A DNA stretch of 44,862 bases, taken from assembly GCA_026706755.1 (NCBI GenBank), contig JAPOYG010000102.1, positions 1 to 44,862 on the forward strand. Reading direction: 5' to 3'. Shown one piece after another: positions 20,403 through 28,640 of the stretch. The translations under genes were made by a program, and so were the position numbers. Source of the DNA: Acidobacteriota bacterium (GTDB lineage: Bacteria > Acidobacteriota > Vicinamibacteria > Vicinamibacterales > UBA8438). Under the pieces are notes generated by a model. That model searched no databases and was not told where the DNA came from. It was given only the letters and a program-made list of their open reading frames with translations. The stretch's first letter is position 1; every line of letters begins with the position of its first letter.

Positions 20403-21361
20403 CCCGCGGGCCGCGGCGGGTCGTTGCGGTCGTGGGCCCGACCGCATCCGGGAAGAGCACGCTCGGGGTGGCGCTCGCCCGCCGGCTGGGAGGCGAGGTC
20501 GTCAGTTGCGATTCGACCGCCGTCTACCGTGGACTGGACATCGGGACGGACAAGCTGCCCGGCGACCGACGCCGGGGCGTGCCGCATCACCTGGTCGACG
20601 TGGTCGAGCCGACCGAGCGCTACTCCGCGGCGCGCTACGCGCAGGCGGCCGCGGCGGCCGTCCGCGACATCGCCCGTCGGGGGCGGCTGCCGATAGTCGT
20701 CGGCGGGAGCGGACTCTACTATCGGGCGCTCACCCGCGGCCTGTTCCCGGGTCCCGGCCGGGACGACGCCCTGCGCGCGCGCCTGACCCGGGTCGCCCGC
20801 CGGCGCGGTCCGGACTGCCTCCGGCGGGCGCTGGCGCGTGTCGATCCGGCGTCGGCGGAGCGGATTCAGCCGCGGGACGAGAAACGCCTGATTCGCGCCC
20901 TCGAGGTGTTCCGCCTCACCGGCCGGCCGCTCACCGAGCACTTCGCCCGGACGCGGTCGCCGCTCGCCGACTACGAGGTGTCGGGCTTCGCCATCCGGCT
21001 CCCGCCGGCCGACACGGCACGGCGCGTGGCGGACCGCGTGGACGCCCAGTTCGCGGCCGGGCTGCTCGACGAGGTGCGCACGGCCCTCGCGGCGGGGCTT
21101 CCCGAGGACGCGCACCCGCTGGGCGGTCTCGTCTACCGGCAGGTCGTCGAGCACCTGCGGGGGGAACGCGACGAGCCGGCGACCCGCGAGGAGATCGTGC
21201 GGGAGAACCTGCGCTACGCGCGGCGGCAGTTGATCTGGTTCCGCAAAGAACCTAATCTACGCTGGATCCGAGTGCCGGGCGAGCATCCGAGCGCGCTCCC
21301 CGCCGTGCTCGGCAGCCTCTTCGACATGGAGCCGACCGACGTCGATGTCGAGCCGCGGTGA
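20384..21361 (+). CDS. miaA: tRNA dimethylallyltransferase
   Basis: GPTASGKS, DSTAVYRGLDIGTDK, VPHHLVDV, VGGSGLY, RLIRALEV, YARRQLIWFR. The start is uncertain. Confidence 0.95.
   Translation: MAGARLTRGPRRVVAVVGPTASGKSTLGVALARRLGGEVVSCDSTAVYRGLDIGTDKLPGDRRRGVPHHLVDVVEPTERYSAARYAQAAAAAVRDIARRGRLPIVVGGSGLYYRALTRGLFPGPGRDDALRARLTRVARRRGPDCLRRALARVDPASAERIQPRDEKRLIRALEVFRLTGRPLTEHFARTRSPLADYEVSGFAIRLPPADTARRVADRVDAQFAAGLLDEVRTALAAGLPEDAHPLGGLVYRQVVEHLRGERDEPATREEIVRENLRYARRQLIWFRKEPNLRWIRVPGEHPSALPAVLGSLFDMEPTDVDVEPR
21230..21258 (+). promoter_or_regulatory. Internal sigma70 promoter in the miaA 3' end, probably for hfq
   Basis: TTGATC-17 nt-TAATCT, made by atypically AT-rich codons (AAA GAA CCT AAT CTA). 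Confidence 0.55.
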
Positions 21362-21590
21362 GGCCGCGTCCGTCTCGCACCTGCAGGAGACCTTCCTCAA
21401 CGGCGCCCGCCGTGAGCGGCTGCAGGTGGTGATCCGCCTCATGGACGGGACCGAGGTCGACGGCCGCATCAAGAGCTTCGACCGCTTCTCCGTTCTCGTG
21501 GAGCACAACGGGGCGGACCACATGCTCTTCAAGCACGCGATCGCGCTGATTCGCCCCTTCGCCACCAATCTGCCGGGCGGCGCTTCGTAG
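21345..21590 (+). CDS. hfq: RNA chaperone Hfq (divergent distal face)
   Basis: LQETFLN..RRER, G.IKSFDRF, FKHAI. Classic position after miaA. Confidence 0.92.
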   Translation: MSSRGEAASVSHLQETFLNGARRERLQVVIRLMDGTEVDGRIKSFDRFSVLVEHNGADHMLFKHAIALIRPFATNLPGGAS

Positions 21591-21605
21591 GCCCGGAGCC
21601 CCGGC

Positions 21606-22685
21606 ATGCTCGAGCCACCGGTTGGAGGCCCCCTGCGCGTGCGGCTCGAGGCGCGGGAGCGCGAGACCCTGGCGCCGTGGGCGGCGCGGGCCGGCGAGAG
21701 CCGGGGGCGCCTGCGGCCGGAGCCGGAGGATCCGATTCGGCCGGCCTTCCAGAGGGATCGCGACCGGATCGTGCACTCGAAGGCGTTCCGGCGGCTCAAG
21801 CACAAGACGCAGGTCTTCCTGGCCCCCACCGGCGACCATTACCGGACGCGGCTCACGCACACGCTCGAGGTGTCGCAGATTGCGCGGACCATCGCCAAGG
21901 TGCTCCGTCTCCACGAGGAGCTCACCGAGGCGATCGCCCTGGGACACGACCTGGGTCACACCCCGTTCGGACACGCCGGCGAGCGGGCGCTGCGCGGACT
22001 GGCGCCCGACGGCTTCAACCACTACGAGCAGAGCCTGCGCATCGTCGACGTGCTCGAGCGCGACGGACGCGGGCTGAACCTCTCCTGGGAGGTGCGCGAC
22101 GGGATCGCGAAGCACTCCAAGGGGAAGCGCGGAGCCCCGGTGGGTGCGTCCCCCGGACTGCGCGCGGCCACCCTCGAGGGTCAGGTGGCGCGCGTGGCCG
22201 ACATCATCGCGTACGTCAATCACGACATCGACGACGCGATCCGCGCCGGTATCCTGCAGGCGGCGGCCCTTCCCGCGGACGCGGTGGCGGTGCTCGGGCG
22301 CTCGTCGTCGCAACGGATCGGCCGCATGGTAACCGACGTCGTCGAGCAGAGCGTGCTGCGCCCGGAAGCACCGGAGATCGCCATGAGCGCCGAGGTACTG
22401 GAGGCGACGCTCTCGCTCCGGGAGTTCCTGTTCGCCGCCGTCTACGAGAACGACGCTGCGACGGGGGAGTTCGGCAAGGTCGCCGGCATCCTCGAGAGCC
22501 TCTGGAACCGGGTCCGGAGCGACCCGGCGCGCTTTCTCGACCGTGCCACCCTCGAGCGCGACGGCCTCGACGTCGCGTCGCGGGACTTCCTCGCGGGGAT
22601 GACGGATCGCTTCGCCATCGGACTCTTCGAGGAGCTGTTCGTCCCCCGCGGCTGGGGTGAGCGGGGCGGCTCGCGCGTGGTATAG
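21606..22685 (+). CDS. dgt: Deoxyguanosinetriphosphate triphosphohydrolase-like HD protein
   Basis: FQRDRDRIVHSKAFRRLKHKTQVF, RTRLTHTLEV, GHDLGHTPFGHAGE, DIIAYVNHDIDD, FLAGMTDRFA. Confidence 0.92.
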   Translation: MLEPPVGGPLRVRLEARERETLAPWAARAGESRGRLRPEPEDPIRPAFQRDRDRIVHSKAFRRLKHKTQVFLAPTGDHYRTRLTHTLEVSQIARTIAKVLRLHEELTEAIALGHDLGHTPFGHAGERALRGLAPDGFNHYEQSLRIVDVLERDGRGLNLSWEVRDGIAKHSKGKRGAPVGASPGLRAATLEGQVARVADIIAYVNHDIDDAIRAGILQAAALPADAVAVLGRSSSQRIGRMVTDVVEQSVLRPEAPEIAMSAEVLEATLSLREFLFAAVYENDAATGEFGKVAGILESLWNRVRSDPARFLDRATLERDGLDVASRDFLAGMTDRFAIGLFEELFVPRGWGERGGSRVV

Positions 22686-22686
22686 T
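22678..22686 (+). promoter_or_regulatory. Extended -10 promoter for the yceD-rpmF-fab operon
   Basis: TGGTATAGT overlapping the dgt stop codon, 26 nt before the yceD ATG. Confidence 0.55.
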
Positions 22687-22712
22687 GTCCGGTTCGCCCG
22701 CGGAGTCGAAGG

Positions 22713-23294
22713 ATGGCAGAGGAGGTTCGCTCCGGGGCAGGCGGGAAGCTGCTCCTCGATCTGAGCGCGCTGCGCCAGGGGGAGGCCAGGCTCGACCGCT
22801 CGTACGCGCCGGGCCTGTTTCCGCTTGGCCGGGGCGACGACCACTCGGTCGCCGCACCCGTGCGTCTGGCGCTCGCGATAGACCGCGACGGCGAGAGCTT
22901 CCGGTTGCGGGGGGGCCTCGGCACCGCGCTCGAGCTCGGCTGCTCGCGGTGCTTGGCGCGCTTCGAGATGACGGTCGACATCGACCTCGACGTACTGTAC
23001 CTGCCGCAGCGGGCCAACGCGGGCGAGGGAGAGCTCGAGATCGCCGACGACGACCTGAGCACGGCGTTCTATCGGGACGAGGAGCTCGACCTGGGGCATC
23101 TGATCCGGGAGCAACTGCAACTGGCGGTGCCGATGAAGCCGCTCTGCCGCGCGACGTGCCGCGGGCTGTGCGCCGTGTGCGGGATCGATCGGAACGTGGA
23201 ACGCTGCGACTGCGAGACGGTATGGCGCGATCCGCGCCTCGAGGCACTGCGCGCCCTGCGGCCCGCGGGACGCCCGGGCTCGGAGGGAAGCTGA
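22713..23294 (+). CDS. yceD: DUF177 / YceD family protein
   Basis: CSRCL, LDLGHLIREQL.LAVPMKPLC...CRGLCAVCG, DPRLEAL. Upstream of rpmF. Confidence 0.9.
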   Translation: MAEEVRSGAGGKLLLDLSALRQGEARLDRSYAPGLFPLGRGDDHSVAAPVRLALAIDRDGESFRLRGGLGTALELGCSRCLARFEMTVDIDLDVLYLPQRANAGEGELEIADDDLSTAFYRDEELDLGHLIREQLQLAVPMKPLCRATCRGLCAVCGIDRNVERCDCETVWRDPRLEALRALRPAGRPGSEGS

Positions 23295-23309
23295 GCAGGG
23301 ACGAAGAGG

Positions 23310-23492
23310 ATGGCGAATCCGAAGCGACGACATTCCAAGGCACGCACCGCGAAGCGTCGGGCGCATGACGCGCTGACGCCGGCCGGCCGAGGCGTATGCC
23401 CGCAGTGTCACGAGCCGAAGCTCCCGCACGTGGTCTGCCCGCACTGCGGCTACTACCGGGGCCGGCAGGTGCTTCCGGTCAAGGAAGAGTGA
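23310..23492 (+). CDS. rpmF: 50S ribosomal protein L32 (zinc-ribbon form)
   Basis: [23 protein letters not shown]...[14 protein letters not shown]. Confidence 0.97.
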   Translation: MANPKRRHSKARTAKRRAHDALTPAGRGVCPQCHEPKLPHVVCPHCGYYRGRQVLPVKEE

Positions 23493-23581
23493 TCCCCGCG
23501 GGTCGCCCGACTCCTCCGCCAGACCCCCCCGTGACGCTGCCTCGCCCGGCCGCCGGCGCGGTCGGGGCGATGGAGTGACCG

Positions 23582-24514
23582 ATGATTGCGTTCGTGTTTC
23601 CGGGCCAGGGCTCGCAGCGCGCCGGCATGGGGAAGGCGCTCGCGGCCGAATACCCCGTCTGCCGGGAAGCGTTCGAGCAGGCGGACGACGTGCTCGGCGA
23701 GCCGCTCGGTCGGCTGTGCTTCGAGGGGCCGGCGGAACGGCTCGCCCTCACGGAGAACACGCAACCGGCCGTGCTGGCGATGAGCATCGCCGTCCACCGC
23801 GTTCTCGCGGCCCGCGGACATGCCCCGGCCCTGGTGGCCGGCCACAGCCTCGGCGAGTACTCGGCTCACGTGGCGGCCGGGACGCTGGGGTACGCGGACG
23901 CGCTGCGCACCGTGCGCCGCCGCGGCGTCTACATGCAGGAGGCGGTACCGGTGGGGCAGGGAGCGATGGCCGCGGTCCTCGAACTGGAGACGGATCGGGT
24001 TCGTCAGGCGTGCGCGGATGCGGCCGGCGGCGACGTGGTGAGCGTGGCGAACGTGAACGCGCCCGGTCAGGTGGTCATCGCGGGGACGCGCGAGGCGGTC
24101 GCGCGCGCGGGGGAGCGGGCGCGGGAGCTCGGGGCGCGGCGCGTGCTGCCGCTCGACGTCAGCGCCCCGTTCCACTGCGCGCTGATGAAGCCTGCCGAGG
24201 AGCGGCTGGCGCGGGACCTCCGGGCGCTCGTCGTTGCCGATCCCGACGTGCCGGTCGTGGCCAACGTGGACGCCGAGCCGAAGCGAGGGGCGGCGGAGGC
24301 GGTCGACGCCCTCATCCGCCAGGTGAGCGCGCCGGTGCAGTGGGAGGCGGTGGTGCGCCGCATGGCCGAGGACGGGGTGACGACGTTCATCGAGGTCGGG
24401 CCCGGCAAGGTCCTGAGCCGCCTCGTTCGGCAGACGCTGCCCGCCGCGCGGGTGGCGCAGGTGAACGACGTGCGCAGCCTCGAGGCGGCGGGGGCGCTGC
24501 TGGCGGGACCATGA
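23582..24514 (+). CDS. fabD: Malonyl-CoA:ACP transacylase
   Basis: FPGQGSQ, TENTQPA, GHSLGEYS, VSAPFHC, EVGPGKVL. Confidence 0.96.
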   Translation: MIAFVFPGQGSQRAGMGKALAAEYPVCREAFEQADDVLGEPLGRLCFEGPAERLALTENTQPAVLAMSIAVHRVLAARGHAPALVAGHSLGEYSAHVAAGTLGYADALRTVRRRGVYMQEAVPVGQGAMAAVLELETDRVRQACADAAGGDVVSVANVNAPGQVVIAGTREAVARAGERARELGARRVLPLDVSAPFHCALMKPAEERLARDLRALVVADPDVPVVANVDAEPKRGAAEAVDALIRQVSAPVQWEAVVRRMAEDGVTTFIEVGPGKVLSRLVRQTLPAARVAQVNDVRSLEAAGALLAGP

Positions 24515-25278
24515 CGCCGCGATCGGTGGGAACGCCCATGGTCGACCTCACGGGCCGCGTGGCGCTGGTGACCGGCGCCTCCCGGGGAATCGGACGGGCG
24601 GTGGCGCTCCGACTGGCCGCGGCCGGCGCCTCCGTGGTCGCCGGGGCCCGCGCGGACCACGCGGAGGAAGTTGTGCGCGAGGCGGTCGCGGCTGGCGGCG
24701 CGGCGCTCTCCGTCGGTCTGGACGTGACCGACGCGGACAGCGTGCGGCGGGCGGTGCAGGCGGCGTTGGACGGCTTCGGCCGGGTCGACATCCTGGTCAA
24801 CAACGCCGGCATCGTGAGCGACCAGCTCACGGTGCGCATGAAGCCGGCGGCATGGAACGCCGTGCTGGCCACGAATCTGACGGGCGCGTTCACCTGTTGC
24901 CAGATGGTGCTGCGCCCGATGCTGAAGCAGCGGTCGGGGCGCATCATCAACGTCGGGTCCGTCGTCGGGCAGTCCGGCAACGCGGGGCAGGCGAACTACG
25001 CGGCGACGAAGGCGGGGCTGACCGGGTTCACGAAGTCGCTGGCGCAAGAGGTGGCCTCGCGGGGCATCACCGTCAACGTGGTGGCGCCGGGCATGATCGA
25101 CACGGACATGATAGGCGGGCTGGACGAACGCGCGCGCGAGGCGATGGAAGGTCGGATCCCGCAGGGTCGCCTGGGAAGACCGGACGACGTGGCGGCCGCG
25201 GTGTGCTTTCTCGCGTCCGACGATGCGTCGTATATTACGGGGCAGGTCCTCGGCGTCAATGGCGGGATGTACATGTAG
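24511..25278 (+). CDS. fabG: 3-oxoacyl-ACP reductase
   Basis: TGASRGIG, NNAG, GNAGQANYAATK, ITVNVVAPG, VNGGMYM. Start at 24511 (ATGA overlap) or 24538. Confidence 0.95.
   Translation: MTPRSVGTPMVDLTGRVALVTGASRGIGRAVALRLAAAGASVVAGARADHAEEVVREAVAAGGAALSVGLDVTDADSVRRAVQAALDGFGRVDILVNNAGIVSDQLTVRMKPAAWNAVLATNLTGAFTCCQMVLRPMLKQRSGRIINVGSVVGQSGNAGQANYAATKAGLTGFTKSLAQEVASRGITVNVVAPGMIDTDMIGGLDERAREAMEGRIPQGRLGRPDDVAAAVCFLASDDASYITGQVLGVNGGMYM
25208..25236 (+). promoter_or_regulatory. Possible internal promoter for acpP in the fabG 3' end
   Basis: TTCTCG-17 nt-TATATT, with AT-rich codons TAT ATT. acpP has a strong AGGAGG SD. Confidence 0.4.
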
Positions 25279-25290
25279 GAGGCTGGTTGC

Positions 25291-25593
25291 ATGGCGGTTG
25301 CTGACAAGGTCAAGGAGATCATCGTCGAGCATTTGGGCGTGGACGAGGACGAGGTGACGCCGGACGCGTCCTTTGTCGAGGACTTGGGCGCCGACTCGCT
25401 CGACACCGTCGAGCTGGTCATGCAGCTCGAAGAAGAGTTCAAGCTCGACATCCCCGACGAGGACGCCGAGAAGATCACTCGCGTCCGGGAGGCCATCGAG
25501 TACATCGAGTCGCACGCGGGCCGCAGCAGCAGCGGCAGCAGCGGCGACGCCGAGACCGGCAAGGTGGCGTCCGAATCGACCGACGAAGGCTAG
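25291..25593 (+). CDS. acpP: Acyl carrier protein with C-terminal extension
   Basis: [14 protein letters not shown] phosphopantetheine site, IPDEDAEKI, plus an extra Ser/Gly/acidic tail. Confidence 0.96.
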   Translation: MAVADKVKEIIVEHLGVDEDEVTPDASFVEDLGADSLDTVELVMQLEEEFKLDIPDEDAEKITRVREAIEYIESHAGRSSSGSSGDAETGKVASESTDEG

Positions 25594-25598
25594 GACCT

Positions 25599-26843
25599 TT
25601 GCAGAGGCGCGTCGTCGTCACCGGAGTCGGGCTGGTGTCGTCGCTCGGTATCGGGACCGAGCCGACCTGGGAGTCGCTGTGCGCCGGTCGGAGCGGCATC
25701 GGCGAGATTACCCACTTCGATGCTTCCGCATTCGCATCCCGCATCGCCGGCGAGGTCAAGGATTTCGACCCTCTGCAGTTCGTCAACCGGAAAGACGTCA
25801 AGAAGATGGACGTCTTCATCCAGTACGCCATCGCCGCCTCGGAGTTCGCCCTCTGTGACGCCGGCCTGAAGGCAGCGCAGCCCCTCGGCCCCGAGGTGGG
25901 CGTGTTCATCGCCTCGGGAATCGGCGGCTTCAGCACGATCGAGCGCGAGCATCAGTCCCTGTTGCGGGGCGGGCCCCGCAAGATCTCGCCGTTCTTCATC
26001 CCGTCCGCAATCATCAACCTCGCCGCGGGGCAGGTTTCCATTCGCTTCGGCGCGCGGGGGCCCAACTCCGCCACCTGCACGGCCTGCTCGGCATCGGCGC
26101 ATGCGATCGGCGACGCCTTCGAGATCGTGCGGCGCGGTACGGCCGAGGCGATGATCGCGGGCGGCTCCGAAGCGGCCATCACGCCCCTCGGCGTGGGCGG
26201 CTTCGCGGCAATGCGAGCCCTCTCGACGCGCAACGACGAGCCGCAGCGGGCCAGCCGCCCGTTCGACCGGGACCGGGACGGCTTCATCATCGGCGAGGGC
26301 GCCGGCGTCGTGGTGCTCGAGGAGCTCGAGCGCGCCCGCCGGCGGGGCGCGTCGATCTATGCGGAGCTCGTGGGCTACGGGATGTCGGCTGATGCCTTCC
26401 ACGTGACGGCGCCAGCCGAGGACGGCGACGGCGCGGTCCGCGTGATGAGCGCGGCCCTCGAGCAGGCCGCGGTAGCCCCCGAGCAGGTCGACTACATCAA
26501 CGCCCACGGCACCTCGACTCCGTACAACGATCGCCTCGAGACGCTCGCCATCAAGCGCTGCCTGGGTGCCCGCGCCTCCACCGTCGCGATCTCGTCGACC
26601 AAGTCGATGACGGGACACCTGCTCGGGGCGGCCGGCGGGCTCGAAGCGGGCATCACCGCGCTCGCCGTCCGGGAGCAGATCGCTCCGCCGACCATCAACC
26701 TCGAGAACCCCGACCCGGCGTGCGACCTGGACTACGTGCCGAACGAATCCCGGCCGCTGTCGATCGGTTACGCCCTCTCGAACTCGTTCGGCTTCGGCGG
26801 CACGAACGCCAGCCTGCTCCTCAAGAGGTACGAAGACACGTGA
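25599..26843 (+). CDS. fabF: 3-oxoacyl-ACP synthase II
   Basis: TTG start. [39 protein letters not shown]. Confidence 0.96.
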   Translation: MQRRVVVTGVGLVSSLGIGTEPTWESLCAGRSGIGEITHFDASAFASRIAGEVKDFDPLQFVNRKDVKKMDVFIQYAIAASEFALCDAGLKAAQPLGPEVGVFIASGIGGFSTIEREHQSLLRGGPRKISPFFIPSAIINLAAGQVSIRFGARGPNSATCTACSASAHAIGDAFEIVRRGTAEAMIAGGSEAAITPLGVGGFAAMRALSTRNDEPQRASRPFDRDRDGFIIGEGAGVVVLEELERARRRGASIYAELVGYGMSADAFHVTAPAEDGDGAVRVMSAALEQAAVAPEQVDYINAHGTSTPYNDRLETLAIKRCLGARASTVAISSTKSMTGHLLGAAGGLEAGITALAVREQIAPPTINLENPDPACDLDYVPNESRPLSIGYALSNSFGFGGTNASLLLKRYEDT

Positions 26844-27610
26844 AGATCGCCGTCTGCATCAAGCAGGTCGTCACCCGCGACTGGCCCTTGCGCATCGACG
26901 AATCGGCGGGTTGGGTCCGCGACGGAGACGCGAGCTTCGAGATGAACGAGCCGGACGCCTACGCCCTCGAGGAGGGACTGCGGCTCAAGGAGCGGCACGG
27001 GGGCGAGGTGGTCGTCTGCTCGGCCGGTCCCGCACGCGTCGCCCAGGTGATCCGGGAGGCGCTGGCCCGCGGTGCCGACCGGGCGATACACGTGGTGAGC
27101 GAGGATCTGCCCACCGCGGACGCGGGTGTCGTGGCGGAGGCTCTCGCCGCGGCGCTCCGCGACGAATCGTTCGACCTGGTGCTGACGGGCCTGCAGTCGG
27201 ACGATCAGGGATTCGGGGAGACCGGCGTGATCCTGGCGGATCGGCTCGGGCTGCCGCACGCCACCATCATCATGGAGATCGCGGCCGACGGCGACGGCGA
27301 GGGTCGTATCCGCGTGAAGCGGGAGCTCGAGGGCGGCTGGTTCCAGTGGCTCTCGATGCCGACCCCGGCCCTGCTGACGATCCAGAGCGGGATCAACCAG
27401 CTTCGCTATGCCACGCTGCGCGGCATCATGGCGGCCAAACGAAAGGAAGTTCGGACCGTGCCGTTCGCGTCTCCACCGCCATCCGCCTGGAACATCGTCG
27501 CCCTCCGCGTGCCGGTCAAGGACAAGCAGACACGGTTCGTCGACGGCCCGCCCGAGGCGGCGGCGGCCGAGCTCGTCCGGCTGCTGCGCGACGAGGCGCG
27601 CGCCCTCTGA
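26840..27610 (+). CDS. etfB: Electron transfer flavoprotein beta subunit
   Basis: GTG overlaps the fabF stop. [45 protein letters not shown]. Confidence 0.92.
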   Translation: MKIAVCIKQVVTRDWPLRIDESAGWVRDGDASFEMNEPDAYALEEGLRLKERHGGEVVVCSAGPARVAQVIREALARGADRAIHVVSEDLPTADAGVVAEALAAALRDESFDLVLTGLQSDDQGFGETGVILADRLGLPHATIIMEIAADGDGEGRIRVKRELEGGWFQWLSMPTPALLTIQSGINQLRYATLRGIMAAKRKEVRTVPFASPPPSAWNIVALRVPVKDKQTRFVDGPPEAAAAELVRLLRDEARAL

Positions 27611-27655
27611 CGGCGATCCAGTCACGCCCCTCCCGCGGAAGGATGACAGTGAACG

Positions 27656-28639
27656 ATGCCGATGCCCTCGAGTGACCGCGCACCCGTCCTGGTCATCGCC
27701 GAGCAGCGGGCCGGCAACCTCAACCCCGTGACCTGGGAGACGGTGGCGGCAGCCCAGGCGCTCGGGGGGGCGGTCGCCGTGGCGGTGGCCGGCACCGGGA
27801 TCGCCGGGGCGGCGGCCGAGCTCGCGGCGGCGGACGTGGCCGAGGTGCTGGTCCTGGAGGACCCGGCGCTCGAGAGCTACACGCCCGACGGCCACATCGC
27901 CGCCCTCGCCTCCCTCGTCGAGCAGGAGCGGCCCGGCCTGGTGCTCTTCCCGCACACCTACCAGACGCGCGACTACGCGCCGGCGCTGGCGAACCGCCTC
28001 GGCGGCGTCCTCATTCCGGACTGCGTCGGGGCGGAGGTACGCGACGCCGGGCTCGTCCTGCTGCGGCCGATGTTCCAGGGCAAGTTCGTGGCGGAGGTGG
28101 CGCCGGCGGGACCGGGGCCCCATTGCATCAGCTTCCAGATCGGCGCCTGGCGAGCGGACGCCGCGGCGCGGGGTGGGGCGGCGGCGACGCGCACCGTTCC
28201 CGTGTCCGTCGACGGCTCGACCATCCGGCAGCGCCCGGAGGCGCCGTTCCAGGAAGCGAAGCAGGCCGTCGACCTGACGCAGGCGGAGCGGATCGTCGCC
28301 GTCGGCCGGGGCATCAAGGGGCAGGAGCACCTGCCGCTCGTGCAGGAGCTCGCTCGCGCGCTCGGCGCGGAGGTGGCCGCCTCGCGGCCGATCTGCGACT
28401 CCGGGTGGCTCCCGATGGACCGGCAGATCGGCAGCTCCGGCCAGACCGTGTCCCCCAAGCTCTACGTGGCGCTGGGCATCTCCGGCGCCATCCAGCACCT
28501 CGTGGGCATGAAGGGTTCCCGAACCATCGTGGCCGTCAACAAGGACGCCGACGCCCCGATCTTCGAGGTCGCCGACTACGGCATCGTCGGCGACCTGTTC
28601 GAGGTCGTGCCGGCCCTGGTGGCGGCGCTGGGGGAGTGA
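27656..28639 (+). CDS. etfA: Electron transfer flavoprotein alpha subunit
   Basis: [63 protein letters not shown]. Confidence 0.95.
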   Translation: MPMPSSDRAPVLVIAEQRAGNLNPVTWETVAAAQALGGAVAVAVAGTGIAGAAAELAAADVAEVLVLEDPALESYTPDGHIAALASLVEQERPGLVLFPHTYQTRDYAPALANRLGGVLIPDCVGAEVRDAGLVLLRPMFQGKFVAEVAPAGPGPHCISFQIGAWRADAAARGGAAATRTVPVSVDGSTIRQRPEAPFQEAKQAVDLTQAERIVAVGRGIKGQEHLPLVQELARALGAEVAASRPICDSGWLPMDRQIGSSGQTVSPKLYVALGISGAIQHLVGMKGSRTIVAVNKDADAPIFEVADYGIVGDLFEVVPALVAALGE

Positions 28640-28640
28640 G

